From: Candidatus Poribacteria bacterium
Lineage (GTDB): Bacteria; Poribacteria; WGA-4E; PCPOR2b
Direction of reading: 5' to 3'
Assembly: GCA_965208675.1 (NCBI GenBank)
Contig: OZ242351.1
Span: 480,001-544,000, forward strand
Length of the DNA: 64,000 nucleotides
The position numbers and the translations under genes are program-made. The notes beneath the pieces are model-generated. The model did no database searches. It had not been told where the DNA came from and saw nothing but the letters and a program-made list of their open reading frames with translations. Within the stretch, counting starts at the first letter, position 1. Each line of letters begins with the position of its first letter. Shown here one piece after another: positions 1 through 11,090 of this stretch.

Positions 1-524
1 ACATCAATTGCCAAGATGCGCATTTCAAAAGCCTTTGCTCGCCGTGCGAGTTCCTGTCCACTGGCGCCAAAACCGATAACCCCTAAATTCAGCCCGTTAA
101 GCTCTCGCCCCACGGCTTCGTTAAAGACCCCAGACTCAAAATCTGAAGCGGCTTGGGGGTATTTATGTGTGAGCATCAAGATAAACATGAATGCGGTTTC
201 AGCCAATGCGACGCTGCTAAATTGGCCTGGGCAGTTGGCAACGGCAATGCGCCGCGTACGGATGTAATCCATATCGAAATGGTCAAATCCCGTTCCTAAA
301 ATTTGCCACAAACGAGCATCCGTTGCAGCGTTCATCATTTCGCGGGTGCCAACGCTTCCTCCGTGATCGATGACTACGTCCACGCCGTCGAACTGGGGAA
401 CAATAGGGTGGGACTCGTCAAAGACGGATAGGTCGTGACGGCCGCTTATGGCTTGGATAACATCATCACACCACGGATGAAAAAGCCGCGTTAGCGGTAG
501 CAGGAGTACTTTTTGGCGAGGCAT
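1..524 (-). CDS. D-isomer-specific 2-hydroxyacid dehydrogenase (3' end runs off window)
   Basis: Manual minus-strand translation from ATG at 524 (MPRQKVLLLP...GTGFDHFD...VANCPG...LGVIGFGASGQELARRAKAFEMRILAID). Shows the Rossmann GxGxxG motif and a G(V/F)DH motif. Not in the ORF track because it is open to the window edge. Confidence 0.85.
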   Translation of the reverse strand, partial: MPRQKVLLLPLTRLFHPWCDDVIQAISGRHDLSVFDESHPIVPQFDGVDVVIDHGGSVGTREMMNAATDARLWQILGTGFDHFDMDYIRTRRIAVANCPGQFSSVALAETAFMFILMLTHKYPQAASDFESGVFNEAVGRELNGLNLGVIGFGASGQELARRAKAFEMRILAID

Positions 525-829
525 AATTTACGTTATGTTGCTGTTTGGTCGTGGTCTACTAACGGTCACTCGATACAAGCGTATCAAAACAACATACCTT
601 CTGAAATTTATCACTAATTCTACCAAATGTAAGAATGAATTCTCAAGAAAATTGCGGTGATGGTTCAAACTAAAGATGCCAGTTGTACAGTTCACATTCT
701 GGTGATTGTTATCGCATGAAGCGTAGATGATTTCTACCACGGCCTCGCCCCAAAGACTAACTGGATAAAGTCGTTTTGCCGTTATTGGCATTTCGGCATA
801 ATCACAAATATATCGAACAGCGTTTTGTA

Positions 830-858
830 TTGACTGAGCGGATCGACAGCAGTATTAT
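830..858 (+). promoter_or_regulatory. putative sigma70 promoter
   Basis: TTGACT-17 bp-TATTAT upstream of the 978 ORF. Confidence 0.5.
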
Positions 859-977
859 AGCGCTGAACCAATTTTATTACTAAGGGTCTTCACGTTTTTA
901 ATTAGGGGCGCGAATTCTCTATGGCAATTCCTTAGGTTTAACGACAGTTCTACTCGTTTCCTCAGAATTGCGCATAC

Positions 978-2885
978 TTGAAAATCATAGTTGAAATGAA
1001 ATCGAGCACACCGGACATTACTTTCAAATCCATCGTCATCGGACTAATACTGGTTGGATTAAATGCCTACTGGATAAGCATTGCCAGCCAACTCTGGGGT
1101 TCACACCCAAACCTAATGACACCCTTTGCGAACGTCATTTTTAGCCTCGTCCCTTTTATTTTGCTCAACTTTTTGTTTTCCCGCGTCTCCCGAAAAACAC
1201 TGTTTTCCCGCACGGAACTATTGGTGATGTATGTTATGGCTACCATGGTGACCACAGTTTCGGGGCACGCGTTTATAGAGGTCCTGATTTCTGCGATGGG
1301 GCATCCGTTTTGGTTCGCTTCGCCTGAAAACGAGTGGGAACGACTCTTCTGGCGGTTTGTTCCGTCTTGGTTCACAGTGCAAGACCTTACCGTAGTCAGA
1401 GGATACATTGTGGGCGAATCTTCTATTTTCATCGGCAAACATATCCGGGCTTGGCTTTTCCCTGTAGGGGCATGGTCGGTGTTTATCTTTGTTCTGTTGC
1501 TTGCCCTGTTGTGCATGAACATTATTCTTCGAAAGCAATGGACAGAGCGGGAAAAACTCAGCTATCCATTGATTGAACTGCCGCTGGCAATCACCCAAGA
1601 CAACTTTCGATTCTTCCGTTCTAAGAAAATGTGGGTTGGGTTTAGCATAGCCGCGGGGATTCGAACACTCAACGGACTCAATAGCCTATATCCCATAGTC
1701 CCTGCAGTTCCAACAGGTTACACTATCGGGGGCTTTTCCATGGAGCCGTGGAGCGCCGTTGGATACACGTCCTTTTCTTTCAATTTGTCAATGCTGGGTC
1801 TAACCTATTTCATGCCGTTGGACTTGCTATTTTCCTGTTGGTTCTTTTATTGGCTGGGCAAAGCAGAACACGTCGTCGCGGGAATTTATGGCTGGCGCGA
1901 ACTCCATCTCAACGAACGTTCCGCGGGCAGTTGGGTCGGAATGGGCTTAATCGCCATTTGGATTGGCCGCCGGTATCTTATCGCCGTCGTCAAACAAGCC
2001 GCCGGATGGGGTTCCCAACTGGACGAATCGCGGGAACCGATGCGTTACCGCACCGCCGTTGTCTTATTGCTGTTGAGTTTCGTGTTTCTGTTTCTCTTTT
2101 GCTATCAAGCCGGCATGTCGCCGTGGGCAATCGCCGCATTTTATTTTTTGTTCTTTGTGATGGCGCTTGGACTGACGCGCGTTAGGGCAGAATTAGGGCC
2201 GCCGTACCATGAGGTGGTTTTCGTCAATCCTCGGCAAGTGATGACTGAAGTCTTCGGTTCAAAGCGGTTGGGGGGACCCAACCTCGTCGTTTTGACATTT
2301 CTTTATGCCTTCAATCGATGCAACCGCTCTCATCCGATGCCAAACCAACTAGAATCGCTCAAAATTGGCGAGCAGTCGGGCATGAATCCCTCCAAATTGG
2401 TATTTGCAATGATTCTAGCGATCGGCGTCGGCACAGTGGCGACGTTTGCGGCTTACTACCAAATTGGATACGAACATGGATTATCCGGCAGAGGGTATCT
2501 CGATTATTTGGGCTGGGAATGTTTCAACCCGCTTCAGTCGTGGCTGCAATTTCCAAGCGTTACCAACTGGACTAGCGTTGGATTCATGTCCGGTGGATTC
2601 GGAGTCGTGTTGTTATTGATGGCGATGCGCCGGGCATTCTTCTGGTGGCCATTCCATCCCGCAGGATACGTCTTGCTTGGCGGTACATGGGGCGGGATGA
2701 TCTATTTTTGGTTTCCGCTTTTCGTCAGTTGGACAATTAAAGCGCTGATTCTGAGATATGGCGGGATTGGCTCCTACCGAAAAGCGGCGCCGCTGTTTTT
2801 GGGATTGGTGTTGGGTGACAAGGTGTTATGGGGAGCATGGAGCATTGTCAGCTACCTGTTGAATACGAAAATATCCATGGTGTAG
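978..2885 (+). CDS. polytopic membrane protein, DUF6785/DUF6784-like (putative peptide transporter)
   Basis: 635 aa with many TM segments; motifs LRKQWTEREKLSYPL, RVRAELG, WWPFHPAGY and PLFLGLVLG are typical of this family. Confidence 0.7.
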   Translation: MKIIVEMKSSTPDITFKSIVIGLILVGLNAYWISIASQLWGSHPNLMTPFANVIFSLVPFILLNFLFSRVSRKTLFSRTELLVMYVMATMVTTVSGHAFIEVLISAMGHPFWFASPENEWERLFWRFVPSWFTVQDLTVVRGYIVGESSIFIGKHIRAWLFPVGAWSVFIFVLLLALLCMNIILRKQWTEREKLSYPLIELPLAITQDNFRFFRSKKMWVGFSIAAGIRTLNGLNSLYPIVPAVPTGYTIGGFSMEPWSAVGYTSFSFNLSMLGLTYFMPLDLLFSCWFFYWLGKAEHVVAGIYGWRELHLNERSAGSWVGMGLIAIWIGRRYLIAVVKQAAGWGSQLDESREPMRYRTAVVLLLLSFVFLFLFCYQAGMSPWAIAAFYFLFFVMALGLTRVRAELGPPYHEVVFVNPRQVMTEVFGSKRLGGPNLVVLTFLYAFNRCNRSHPMPNQLESLKIGEQSGMNPSKLVFAMILAIGVGTVATFAAYYQIGYEHGLSGRGYLDYLGWECFNPLQSWLQFPSVTNWTSVGFMSGGFGVVLLLMAMRRAFFWWPFHPAGYVLLGGTWGGMIYFWFPLFVSWTIKALILRYGGIGSYRKAAPLFLGLVLGDKVLWGAWSIVSYLLNTKISMV

Positions 2886-2928
2886 TAACTTAAGTCAAAT
2901 AATTTCCCAAATTCTATAGCCGCAGACC

Positions 2929-4326
2929 TTACAGCAACAGTTGTGTCCGCTTTTCCCACTCGTCACAAGTCGCACGGGTGCGTTGAACAGATGCCCCGAT
3001 ATACGTTGTCGAATCTCGAAGGACTTCCCGCTGCTTTTCGGTCAGCTTATCAAGGAAAGGGCGCAGCGCTTCGTCAGCCCAGAGAAGGTCGTTCAAGGCT
3101 CGCCCTGTCCGATGGACCTCACCCACTAGTTTGCGGGTGTGATTGTAGGCATCGGGGAATCCGTGATACGCCATCAAGAGGTATATCGGCTCGGCGACGG
3201 TATCGCCGGCACTCATCGCCAAATTTTGACGCATGTTATCCGACTTCACGTTCATTTCGTTCAACGCCCGCTGCAATCTATAAATGGTGTAGTCAAATGC
3301 CGTGAACAACTCCATCAAGAAGCGGCTTGAAGCGGAGTTAGTCAAGTCCCGTTGATGTTCCAAGATTCCATCCATAAATACCGTTGTCATACGCGGCATG
3401 AATGCCTTCCATAGACTCTTGATAGTTTCAAAATCTTCCGGGTTGAGTTTGTGCGGCATCGTCGACGAGCCGACTAGCTGAGTGTCATACTTTTTGCTAA
3501 TCTCGGCAATCTCTGTACGGTAGAGATGCCGTATATCGTCCGCAAAATTTGCAAGGATTGTGTAAGCGGACATGATTGCATACGCCAGATCTGCCAGAAA
3601 TTCGGGCTCTATACATTGTGTGGAAGTGTGGGTGTCGGAGGCTTTCAAACCGAGTTGTTCTAGTAAATCGGCTTCAATTTGTTCAGGTTGTTCCGAGATC
3701 ATTGAAAGCCCGTTGAAGGCGCCGACCGCGCCGGAAAACTGTCCGCGGAGATTTCGGCACGCGGCATCTATCAATTCGATTCGATTCCCAATGCGGCTGA
3801 CATAGAGCGAAAGCGCGTACCCGAAAGTAATAGGTTCTGCATGTTGACCATGCGTTCGCCCAATTTGCACGGTCTCCGCATGTTCACGCGCCAACTGAAT
3901 TAACCGGCTTTCGAGCGCGATGAGATCGGGAAGGATGACTCTCCGTGTTAGATCTTTGTAACGCAACGCGGAAGCCGTATCGAGAATATCCGCCGAGGTG
4001 GCAAAGAGATGCACGTACGGGCGCGATTCGGGACTGATTTTTCTTTGAATGACGTTGACGAGTGAGCGGATGTTGTGGCGAATCCGCGCCTGTTCTTCGT
4101 AGACCTCCGTTGCCGTTACTTCCGATACCGCGCGCTCGACATCATCGGCGATTTCGTGCGAGCAGACACCATGCATGGCAAGCGTCCGCACTAGTGCGGC
4201 TTCAACTTTCGCTTGATATTTAACGTAGCCTGCTTCAGAGACGTAAGGCAGCAGCCTCTTCATAAAGGCTTCGCTGCCGCCGTAATACCTAAAGTCAAGC
4301 GGGCTGACTGCTTCGTACAGTTCCAT
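2929..4326 (-). CDS. purB: adenylosuccinate lyase
   Basis: SPLDFRY, GRTHGQHAEP and GSSTMPHKLNP fumarate-lyase superfamily signatures. Confidence 0.9.
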   Translation of the reverse strand: MELYEAVSPLDFRYYGGSEAFMKRLLPYVSEAGYVKYQAKVEAALVRTLAMHGVCSHEIADDVERAVSEVTATEVYEEQARIRHNIRSLVNVIQRKISPESRPYVHLFATSADILDTASALRYKDLTRRVILPDLIALESRLIQLAREHAETVQIGRTHGQHAEPITFGYALSLYVSRIGNRIELIDAACRNLRGQFSGAVGAFNGLSMISEQPEQIEADLLEQLGLKASDTHTSTQCIEPEFLADLAYAIMSAYTILANFADDIRHLYRTEIAEISKKYDTQLVGSSTMPHKLNPEDFETIKSLWKAFMPRMTTVFMDGILEHQRDLTNSASSRFLMELFTAFDYTIYRLQRALNEMNVKSDNMRQNLAMSAGDTVAEPIYLLMAYHGFPDAYNHTRKLVGEVHRTGRALNDLLWADEALRPFLDKLTEKQREVLRDSTTYIGASVQRTRATCDEWEKRTQLLL

Positions 4327-4382
4327 ATAATTTACTCTCCTAATGAGAAGATTCTATTCGGCGGTTTAACAAGAACGTTAAA

Positions 4383-5402
4383 TCAGCCAGTGTGCGCCGT
4401 GTCATGAACAAATACCCCCGCTCTTGCAGCGGCCTCGATCGCATTTTGGGGGTCAACAACCGTGGGGCCGTTGCGATTGAACCGAACGCGGACGCTTGCT
4501 CCCGGCTTCACCTCAATTTCGCGTTCACCGTCAAGCGCGAGTACACATGCCTTTTGACGACGGAGCACAACCTCGTCATGAGCAGTCAAAAGCCGGTGTT
4601 CAGCGAGGCTCACACGGCGAATAACGCCAGGCGCTATCGGGGCGAGCACCTCCCGTCCTCCGGGTTCCATTCGGAGATAAAGACCGTGCTCGGAAGAACC
4701 GTTCTTGCCTAAAATGTGCGCGCCGATAGAAGAAAGTCCAATTGTGCCTGCTTGGGTCCGCGTCAATATAACCGCTTTTATTTTGGACGCATCCCAGATA
4801 GCGCCGGAGGCAACGAACTGCTCATCGCAGATAGCGGCATCTACCAGAGCGATATCATCCGGCGAATCAGTGACCCGTACTTGGTCCAGATCTTCACAAT
4901 AGATATCGAGTCGCGGTACTTGATTTACCGCCTCGTCTGCCAAGCCGCACGCGACCAAGCCCGCTGCGATGCCGGCGACTGTACCTTCAATCATCGTTGG
5001 GAAGACGTTGTTGGTCCCCGTAGAAATCGGTAAGATGGGAACGTTCTTGCATGCCTTCGCCACACTGCGGTTGGTGCCGTCGCCGCCCAATGTGACGATG
5101 CAGTCGAATTTTTCCGCAACCATGTGCGCCGCTGCCTGCGTCGAATCTTCACTAGTGCTAGTTACCGGCATGGGCAGGACGGAAGAGTCAAACCGCAAGT
5201 CTAGCCCGTCAAGCGCTTTCTCCCCGATGCAGAACGAATCCGGCATAATCAAAACTCGTTTGATGCCAGTCGCGTCCAACCCTAACAACAGCCGTCGGAC
5301 AATATTGACCTTCTCATTATTGTTGAATACTATTCCATGCGCCACGAGTCGGCGGATGTCTTTGCCCGATGCTGGGTTAGCGATGATGCCAACGCTGTTC
5401 AT
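4383..5402 (-). CDS. ATP-NAD kinase-like / acetoin catabolism protein X (AcoX) family
   Basis: IANPASGKDIRRLVA, LGGDGT, STGTNNVFP and LDGERE motifs. Confidence 0.8.
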   Translation of the reverse strand: MNSVGIIANPASGKDIRRLVAHGIVFNNNEKVNIVRRLLLGLDATGIKRVLIMPDSFCIGEKALDGLDLRFDSSVLPMPVTSTSEDSTQAAAHMVAEKFDCIVTLGGDGTNRSVAKACKNVPILPISTGTNNVFPTMIEGTVAGIAAGLVACGLADEAVNQVPRLDIYCEDLDQVRVTDSPDDIALVDAAICDEQFVASGAIWDASKIKAVILTRTQAGTIGLSSIGAHILGKNGSSEHGLYLRMEPGGREVLAPIAPGVIRRVSLAEHRLLTAHDEVVLRRQKACVLALDGEREIEVKPGASVRVRFNRNGPTVVDPQNAIEAAARAGVFVHDTAHTG

Positions 5403-5594
5403 TCTAGCGATAGATTTTCCGTCAAAAGTAAGGGGGACATCCGTGTGCGAACAATTTGGGCTAGGAAGCCGCTCCTTCAGACTTGGAGTACGCCGTCAGA
5501 TTTAGGAGGAACATCCATGTTCCGAGAATTGTGGCTAGAGAACCCTGTCTACGGATTCGGGGTGTGCACGAGATTAACGGGCGGTTCGTGCCTT

Positions 5595-5933
5595 TCAAAC
5601 GCGGATGATTAAGGTGTAGTTTGGCCCTTCAGCTTGCACTTCTCTTTTGGTAATGTTGAGATAAAGTGATTCGTCTTCCTTAAGCGTCCACCCACTCATA
5701 TGTGAACCGACTTTCAGAGGTTTCACGAGGGGTTCAGTTGAATCTGAGCGAAGAGCGAATTCAACGCTTTCGCATGCCGTCAGGTGCACATGGACATCAA
5801 GTGGGCACTCGGCAATTCGGTTGGTGTAAAGCGCGAACTCGCCCGTCGCACTGCCCACAGTACCGGAACCCTCATAGATAAACTGATCTTCCCCCGTAAC
5901 CTTAAGGACAGTTTGCATAAGAGTCTCTCCCAC
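5595..5933 (-). CDS. hypothetical protein
   Basis: 112 aa ORF co-oriented within the minus-strand cluster; no recognised motif. Confidence 0.5.
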   Translation of the reverse strand: MGETLMQTVLKVTGEDQFIYEGSGTVGSATGEFALYTNRIAECPLDVHVHLTACESVEFALRSDSTEPLVKPLKVGSHMSGWTLKEDESLYLNITKREVQAEGPNYTLIIRV

Positions 5934-6000
5934 GTCATATTGCTAAGTATTCACAACATCAGAGTCTTTCGTTTTGAACTCGGCCGCGCCATTTCGCCCG

Positions 6001-7038
6001 TTATAGCGTGTTGACCATCACCTTTACCGAACCAGTCTTTTTGTCGAGCGCGGTTTCAAAGGCGTCAGACGTACGCTCTAGGTTGAAGCGGTGTGTGACC
6101 AATTCCCGCGGGCGGACTTTTCCGGACACGATGAGATCCGAGGCGATTTCGTAGTCATGGCGCCCATCAACAGCGCTGTAACATACAGCAAATATAAATG
6201 TGACTTCTTTGCCTAGCGCACTTCCAAGGTTTACAGGTACCGGATCGGGAAACACTCCCGTAACGATGACTTTTCCCTTGGGTTTAACCACACTGACCGA
6301 CTGGTCTACACTGGGTGCCGATCCGCCAACGGTTTCGATGACAACGTCAATTTGCTGATCCCCCGCAACCTCCTTGACCTGTTCAGGTAAATTCCTGTCT
6401 TCCAGTCTGATTACGCCGTCCGCACCCATCCGCTCAGCCATATCCGCTTGGACATCGTATTTCGCAACGATGTACACCGCACATGCGCCGAAGGCTTTGG
6501 CAACGGCTAGACTCAACAGCCCAATCGTGCCTGCGCCCAAGACGAGCACGGTGTCGCCGGGTTTCAACCCGCCATACCGGCATGCGTGCACACCGACTGC
6601 GACGGGTTCTACCATTGCGCCGTCTTCATAGGAGAGAGTATCAGGCAAAGGGTCCAACCCCAACCCTTGGACCTCCATATATTCGGCGAACCCGCCGCCC
6701 CAGGGTACCCGATCCTTGTAGGGGCAATGGAAAAATTGACCGGTAAGGCATATCGGACAGTTCCCGCAAGCGTGGTCGCGGGTTAGATCCACACAAACGC
6801 GATCGCCTAGACTGAGGTTACCGGCACCCTCACCGACTTCAACAACCTCGCCGCTGACTTCATGCCCAAGTACGGTGGGATCGGCATAGGGTCGGTCTGA
6901 ATACCAATGAAGGTCGGAGCCGCAAACGCCGCTGCTGAAGACCTTGATTACGGCAGTGCCCGCCTTTGACCGAGCGATGTCTACCTCTTCAACACGCATG
7001 TCGCGGGCATCATACATCACAGCCGCTCTCATATTCAT
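6001..7038 (-). CDS. zinc-dependent medium-chain alcohol/polyol dehydrogenase
   Basis: GVCGSD, GHE, structural Zn site CGNCPIC...C and GAGTIG. Confidence 0.9.
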   Translation of the reverse strand: MNMRAAVMYDARDMRVEEVDIARSKAGTAVIKVFSSGVCGSDLHWYSDRPYADPTVLGHEVSGEVVEVGEGAGNLSLGDRVCVDLTRDHACGNCPICLTGQFFHCPYKDRVPWGGGFAEYMEVQGLGLDPLPDTLSYEDGAMVEPVAVGVHACRYGGLKPGDTVLVLGAGTIGLLSLAVAKAFGACAVYIVAKYDVQADMAERMGADGVIRLEDRNLPEQVKEVAGDQQIDVVIETVGGSAPSVDQSVSVVKPKGKVIVTGVFPDPVPVNLGSALGKEVTFIFAVCYSAVDGRHDYEIASDLIVSGKVRPRELVTHRFNLERTSDAFETALDKKTGSVKVMVNTL

Positions 7039-7098
7039 ATGGTTGCATGCTCCTTTGCCAGCGAATTCGAGTTAACGGAAGGGAAAAGTGTTAGGATT

Positions 7099-9396
7099 TC
7101 AGTTGCCGTTGTTATGTAAGGCAGCCACAATCTTCTCCGGCTTAATCGGCAGGTCATTAACCCGTACCCCGACCGCGTCGACAACCGCGTTGGACATCGT
7201 AGCTAATGTCGGCGTGATTGGCGGTTCGCCGACGCCTTTTGCGCCAAATGGACCGTTTGGTGCTGGAACTTCAACGATTACTGATTCAACGGTAGGTAAA
7301 TCTGCAGAGGTCGACACACGGTAGTCGACAAATCCGGGATTTACATTGCCGTTCTGGTCGTATTGCATCTCCTCCATGATTGCCCACGCATAACCCTGCA
7401 CGGTACCGCCCTCGATTTGTCCTTCAACCGCCATGGGATTGATGGCGAAGCCGACATCTTGAGAGGATACTAATTTGAGCACCTTAATTCGTCCAGTTTC
7501 AGCGTCCACCTCGACTTTAGCGATTTGCGCAGCAAGCGCAGGCGTGCTAGATTGCTGGGCGAAAGAGCCCTTTCCAACGATCGGTCCGCCTCGTGTATTC
7601 AGGCTAAAGGCGGCTAGCTCGCCGAGTGAAATTGACTTGGGCGAATCGGCGCCGTTGACGAATATCTTGCCATCTCTGAGTTCGAAGTTATCAATCTCGG
7701 TGTTCAGCCGCTCTGCAGCGAGTTCAAGGATGCGTCTGCGGGTATCTTCAGCCGCGAGTTTCGCGGTATTGCCCATCGTGAATGTCACAACGCTGCCGCC
7801 GGAACCCGTTGCGTAAGGTGCAGAATCGGTGTCACCGCGCGTGATTGTAACCCGTTCGTACGGTAAGGTTAAAATTTCTGCGACAATCTGGGTGATTGCC
7901 GTATCCGTACCGGTGATGTCCATGGAGCCGTGAAATATTCTCGCACTGCCGTCTTCGTGAATGGAGACATATACGCCGCCCGGACCGCACCCGTTAGTCC
8001 AGTCCCCCACAGCCACGCCCCAGCCTTGATTATGAGATTTATCCCGGTTCCACCAACCTGCAGCATCGGCTACTGCCTTGAGCGTTTCTTTGTAACCGAT
8101 GACGGGTTCTTGGCTGCCGCCGGGGATCATATCTCCTTCCTCACGCATGTTTTTAAGCCGAAATTCGACAGGGTCCATACCGATTCGGCGTGCAATTTCG
8201 TCCAGTTGCGATTCCGCCGCGAAAATTGCCTGAGGAGCACCCGGTGCTCGATAGGCGGTGGTACCGGATTTGTTGGTGTACACGCCGTAGGCATCAACCT
8301 TTAGGTTCGGAATCTTGTAGACGCCGCGCACTCGGATAGTGCTGCCAATTGAGGCGCCCGAAACCGCGCCGGAATCCCAGAACGCCAGTGCTTGGCATGC
8401 AAGGATGCCGCCGGATTTGGTCGCGCCCGTTTTCATCTTAATGACGCATCCAGGCGCAGGGCGTCCGTCAAGGAACTCCTCCTTGCGGGTCACCTGCACC
8501 CTTACGGGTCTGCCCGTTTTCTGCGAGAGCAATACTGCAGGGACATGCGTCATCGTTACGCCGAAACGTCCGCCGAATCCGCCTCCCATAATTGTAGGGA
8601 TAACATTAATTTTGCCGAGTGGGATTCCAAGCGTCCCGGCGATACCCGATCGAATTGCAAACGGTCCCTGCGTACTTGCCCACACCGTAACTTTTCCCGA
8701 AGAATCGGCACTCGCAACAGATACATGCGGTTCCATGTACGTCTGATGCACGCGCGGGATTGTGTATGTATTCTCGACGACAATATCCGATTCCGCAAAC
8801 CCTTTTTCAACATCGCCAATTTCTGTGTGTGTTTCAGCGGAGATGTTGTAGTACACATCCTCCTCAAGCGTTTCCAACTCGGTTTCCAACGTACGAATTT
8901 CTTCGCTGCTGCCTTCCGACTCGTCTAGGGATAGTTGCTTCAACCTATTTCGGATGCCGCGGCGCGAGGGGCCGTCTTTGGTTTCATCGCTATGCAGACG
9001 CGGCGCCGTAGGCTGAATTGATTCCATTACGTTTTGCACAACCGGAAGGCGTTCATATTCGATATTAATTAGCCCTGCCGCTTCGTCCGCGATGTCTGAA
9101 TCAGTTGCTGCGACTGCGGCAATCGGTTCTCCAGAATACAGGACTTTATCTGACGCAAATACTTTTCGTCCGCTCTCAACATCCGCCTGCGTAATAATAG
9201 CGCGCACTCCAGGCAACATTTCGGCTTCGGTGGTGTCAATGTGAAGAATCTTAGCGTGGGGGTATTCGCTGCGTACAATTTTGCCGTAGAGCATACCGGG
9301 CGGATGTACATCTGCGCCGTACTTCGCTGCACCGGTGACTTTTTCAAGTGCATCAACTCTTGGTAGCCTTCTACCCACGACCGAATATTCTGGCAT
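7099..9396 (-). CDS. xanthine dehydrogenase family molybdopterin-binding (large) subunit
   Basis: KVTGAAKY, MGGGFGG, AYRAPG, VEGQIEGG and GAKGVGE motifs. Confidence 0.9.
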   Translation of the reverse strand: MPEYSVVGRRLPRVDALEKVTGAAKYGADVHPPGMLYGKIVRSEYPHAKILHIDTTEAEMLPGVRAIITQADVESGRKVFASDKVLYSGEPIAAVAATDSDIADEAAGLINIEYERLPVVQNVMESIQPTAPRLHSDETKDGPSRRGIRNRLKQLSLDESEGSSEEIRTLETELETLEEDVYYNISAETHTEIGDVEKGFAESDIVVENTYTIPRVHQTYMEPHVSVASADSSGKVTVWASTQGPFAIRSGIAGTLGIPLGKINVIPTIMGGGFGGRFGVTMTHVPAVLLSQKTGRPVRVQVTRKEEFLDGRPAPGCVIKMKTGATKSGGILACQALAFWDSGAVSGASIGSTIRVRGVYKIPNLKVDAYGVYTNKSGTTAYRAPGAPQAIFAAESQLDEIARRIGMDPVEFRLKNMREEGDMIPGGSQEPVIGYKETLKAVADAAGWWNRDKSHNQGWGVAVGDWTNGCGPGGVYVSIHEDGSARIFHGSMDITGTDTAITQIVAEILTLPYERVTITRGDTDSAPYATGSGGSVVTFTMGNTAKLAAEDTRRRILELAAERLNTEIDNFELRDGKIFVNGADSPKSISLGELAAFSLNTRGGPIVGKGSFAQQSSTPALAAQIAKVEVDAETGRIKVLKLVSSQDVGFAINPMAVEGQIEGGTVQGYAWAIMEEMQYDQNGNVNPGFVDYRVSTSADLPTVESVIVEVPAPNGPFGAKGVGEPPITPTLATMSNAVVDAVGVRVNDLPIKPEKIVAALHNNGN

Positions 9397-9471
9397 GAAA
9401 ATTACTCCTCATACGTTTTCATGGCGATCGACCAATTGGAATTAGATTTCAGCTTGAAAAAACAGCGGTCT

Positions 9472-9963
9472 CTAGCGCGCCTGCCGCGCACTGCGCATCA
9501 ACTCCGCCGCACTCATGACTGCCTCAATAATTTTCGTGTATCCCGTACATCGACAGATATTGCCGCCGAGAGCGTGCCTGACCTCGGCTTCCGTTGCGTT
9601 AGGGTTTTCCTCAAGGAAGGCTTTCGACGCCATGATGAAGCCCGGCGTGCAGAAGCCGCACTGATAGCCGCCCTTGTCGATAAACGCATGCTGCAGGGGA
9701 TGCAAAGAACTGCCGCTCGATAGTCCTTCAATCGTCTTGATTGCTTTTCCGTTGGCACTGGCGGCGAGCATTAAGCACGATGTCACTGATTTACCATCAA
9801 CCGTGACGGTACACGCGCCGCAGTCGCCGGTGCTACATCCTTCTTTCGTTCCTGTCAAACCAATCGTATCCCGCAGAACCGCCAACAGCGTTTTTCGCGG
9901 TCCAACCAGCAAATCATACTGATCGTTATTGACAGTAAAACTTACCAAATGTTTCTTCATCAA
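9472..9963 (-). CDS. (2Fe-2S)-binding small subunit of a xanthine dehydrogenase family enzyme
   Basis: GCSTGDCGACTV, QCGFCTPG and CRCTGY motifs. Confidence 0.92.
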   Translation of the reverse strand: MMKKHLVSFTVNNDQYDLLVGPRKTLLAVLRDTIGLTGTKEGCSTGDCGACTVTVDGKSVTSCLMLAASANGKAIKTIEGLSSGSSLHPLQHAFIDKGGYQCGFCTPGFIMASKAFLEENPNATEAEVRHALGGNICRCTGYTKIIEAVMSAAELMRSARQAR

Positions 9964-10096
9964 CTTCTGCCATTCCTTTCGGTGTCACCTTAAAGTTCAG
10001 AGGATTTGGGACACGGCAATTCGCTTAAAATGAGGAATTTTGGGATAAATTTGCACATGTAACAACTGTATACCTGCGTATAGTAGGAATAAGGGT

Positions 10097-10987
10097 TTAA
10101 ATCCTTGCTGCTGAGGCCTGGATTGTGCGTTTAGTAAGCACCCTAACCATGTCTTCCCTATACTCTGCTGAACACCGGAGGTCTGAAATTGGGCTTGACT
10201 GTTCTGCAGCAGCTGACGCCGCCTGTTCCAGAATTGATTCTGAAAGCGAATTTCCTTTCAGAATATTCTCCGCATCAGTTGCCCGAATCGGCGTAGGAGC
10301 AACAGCGGCGAGTCCAATTTTGACATCTGCCACCACACCATGCGCCAGCTCCACAGAAGCCGCTACACCAATGAAAGCGAGATCCATGACCTCGCGAATT
10401 TTTTGCTTTATGTAGTGTGAACCCGATTTGTCCGGCCGGGGTGGGCAAACCAATCTAGTCACAATCTCACCATGCTGTAAGGACGATTCTCCTGGTCCCA
10501 CAAAAAAATCACGGATAGGGATAGTACGTTCTCCATACGTACTCGCAATTTTGAGCTGCGCACCAAATACTAAAAGAACTGCGACCGTGTCTGCAGCCGG
10601 GGAAGCGTTACAAATGTTACCGCCAAGCGTCGCTAGGTTGCGAATTTGAATGGATCCAACTTCGCTTGCTCCCTCGGCTAAGGCGGTGTAGCGGTTCCGG
10701 ATAGTTGAAGATTGTTCGATGGCGCGCATTTTCGTCATCCCGCCAATCGATAAGCCTGTTTTCTCATCATACGTGATGCTGTCCAATCCCGATATCTGCG
10801 CTAAACTAACGACGGATTTTGGCGTTGCAATACCTTCTTTCCATCCGACGAGTAAATCTGTTCCACCCGCCAAAATCGTGGTTTTACCGCCGTTTTCGGC
10901 AAGCAGGGATGACGCTTCCTCAATTGTGGTTGGTTCAAACAAAGCGAAGCTTCTCAATATAGAAAACTCCTTGGATGTGCAAACCAT
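10097..10987 (-). CDS. FAD-binding medium subunit of a xanthine dehydrogenase family enzyme
   Basis: AGGTDL and IRNLATLGGNICNASPAAD motifs; true start probably slightly downstream of 10987. Confidence 0.9.
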   Translation of the reverse strand: MVCTSKEFSILRSFALFEPTTIEEASSLLAENGGKTTILAGGTDLLVGWKEGIATPKSVVSLAQISGLDSITYDEKTGLSIGGMTKMRAIEQSSTIRNRYTALAEGASEVGSIQIRNLATLGGNICNASPAADTVAVLLVFGAQLKIASTYGERTIPIRDFFVGPGESSLQHGEIVTRLVCPPRPDKSGSHYIKQKIREVMDLAFIGVAASVELAHGVVADVKIGLAAVAPTPIRATDAENILKGNSLSESILEQAASAAAEQSSPISDLRCSAEYREDMVRVLTKRTIQASAARI

Positions 10988-11090
10988 CTACCGGGCGGCG
11001 ATTGATATGCATTATCTTGTATCATTGAATGGCTAAACCCTATCAATTCTGATTAAGATTGTCACGATATGCATGACACGCTGTTTTCCT

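Noticed and set aside
5455-5520. Possible IS200/IS605-type end remnant (CTAGGAAGCCGCTCCTTCAG...TTTAGGAGGA)
   Set aside because: The resemblance is weak, there is a single copy, and no tnpA or tnpB is nearby.
7099-10987. Aerobic CO dehydrogenase (coxMSL)
   Set aside because: The large subunit lacks the AYxCSFR active-site motif.
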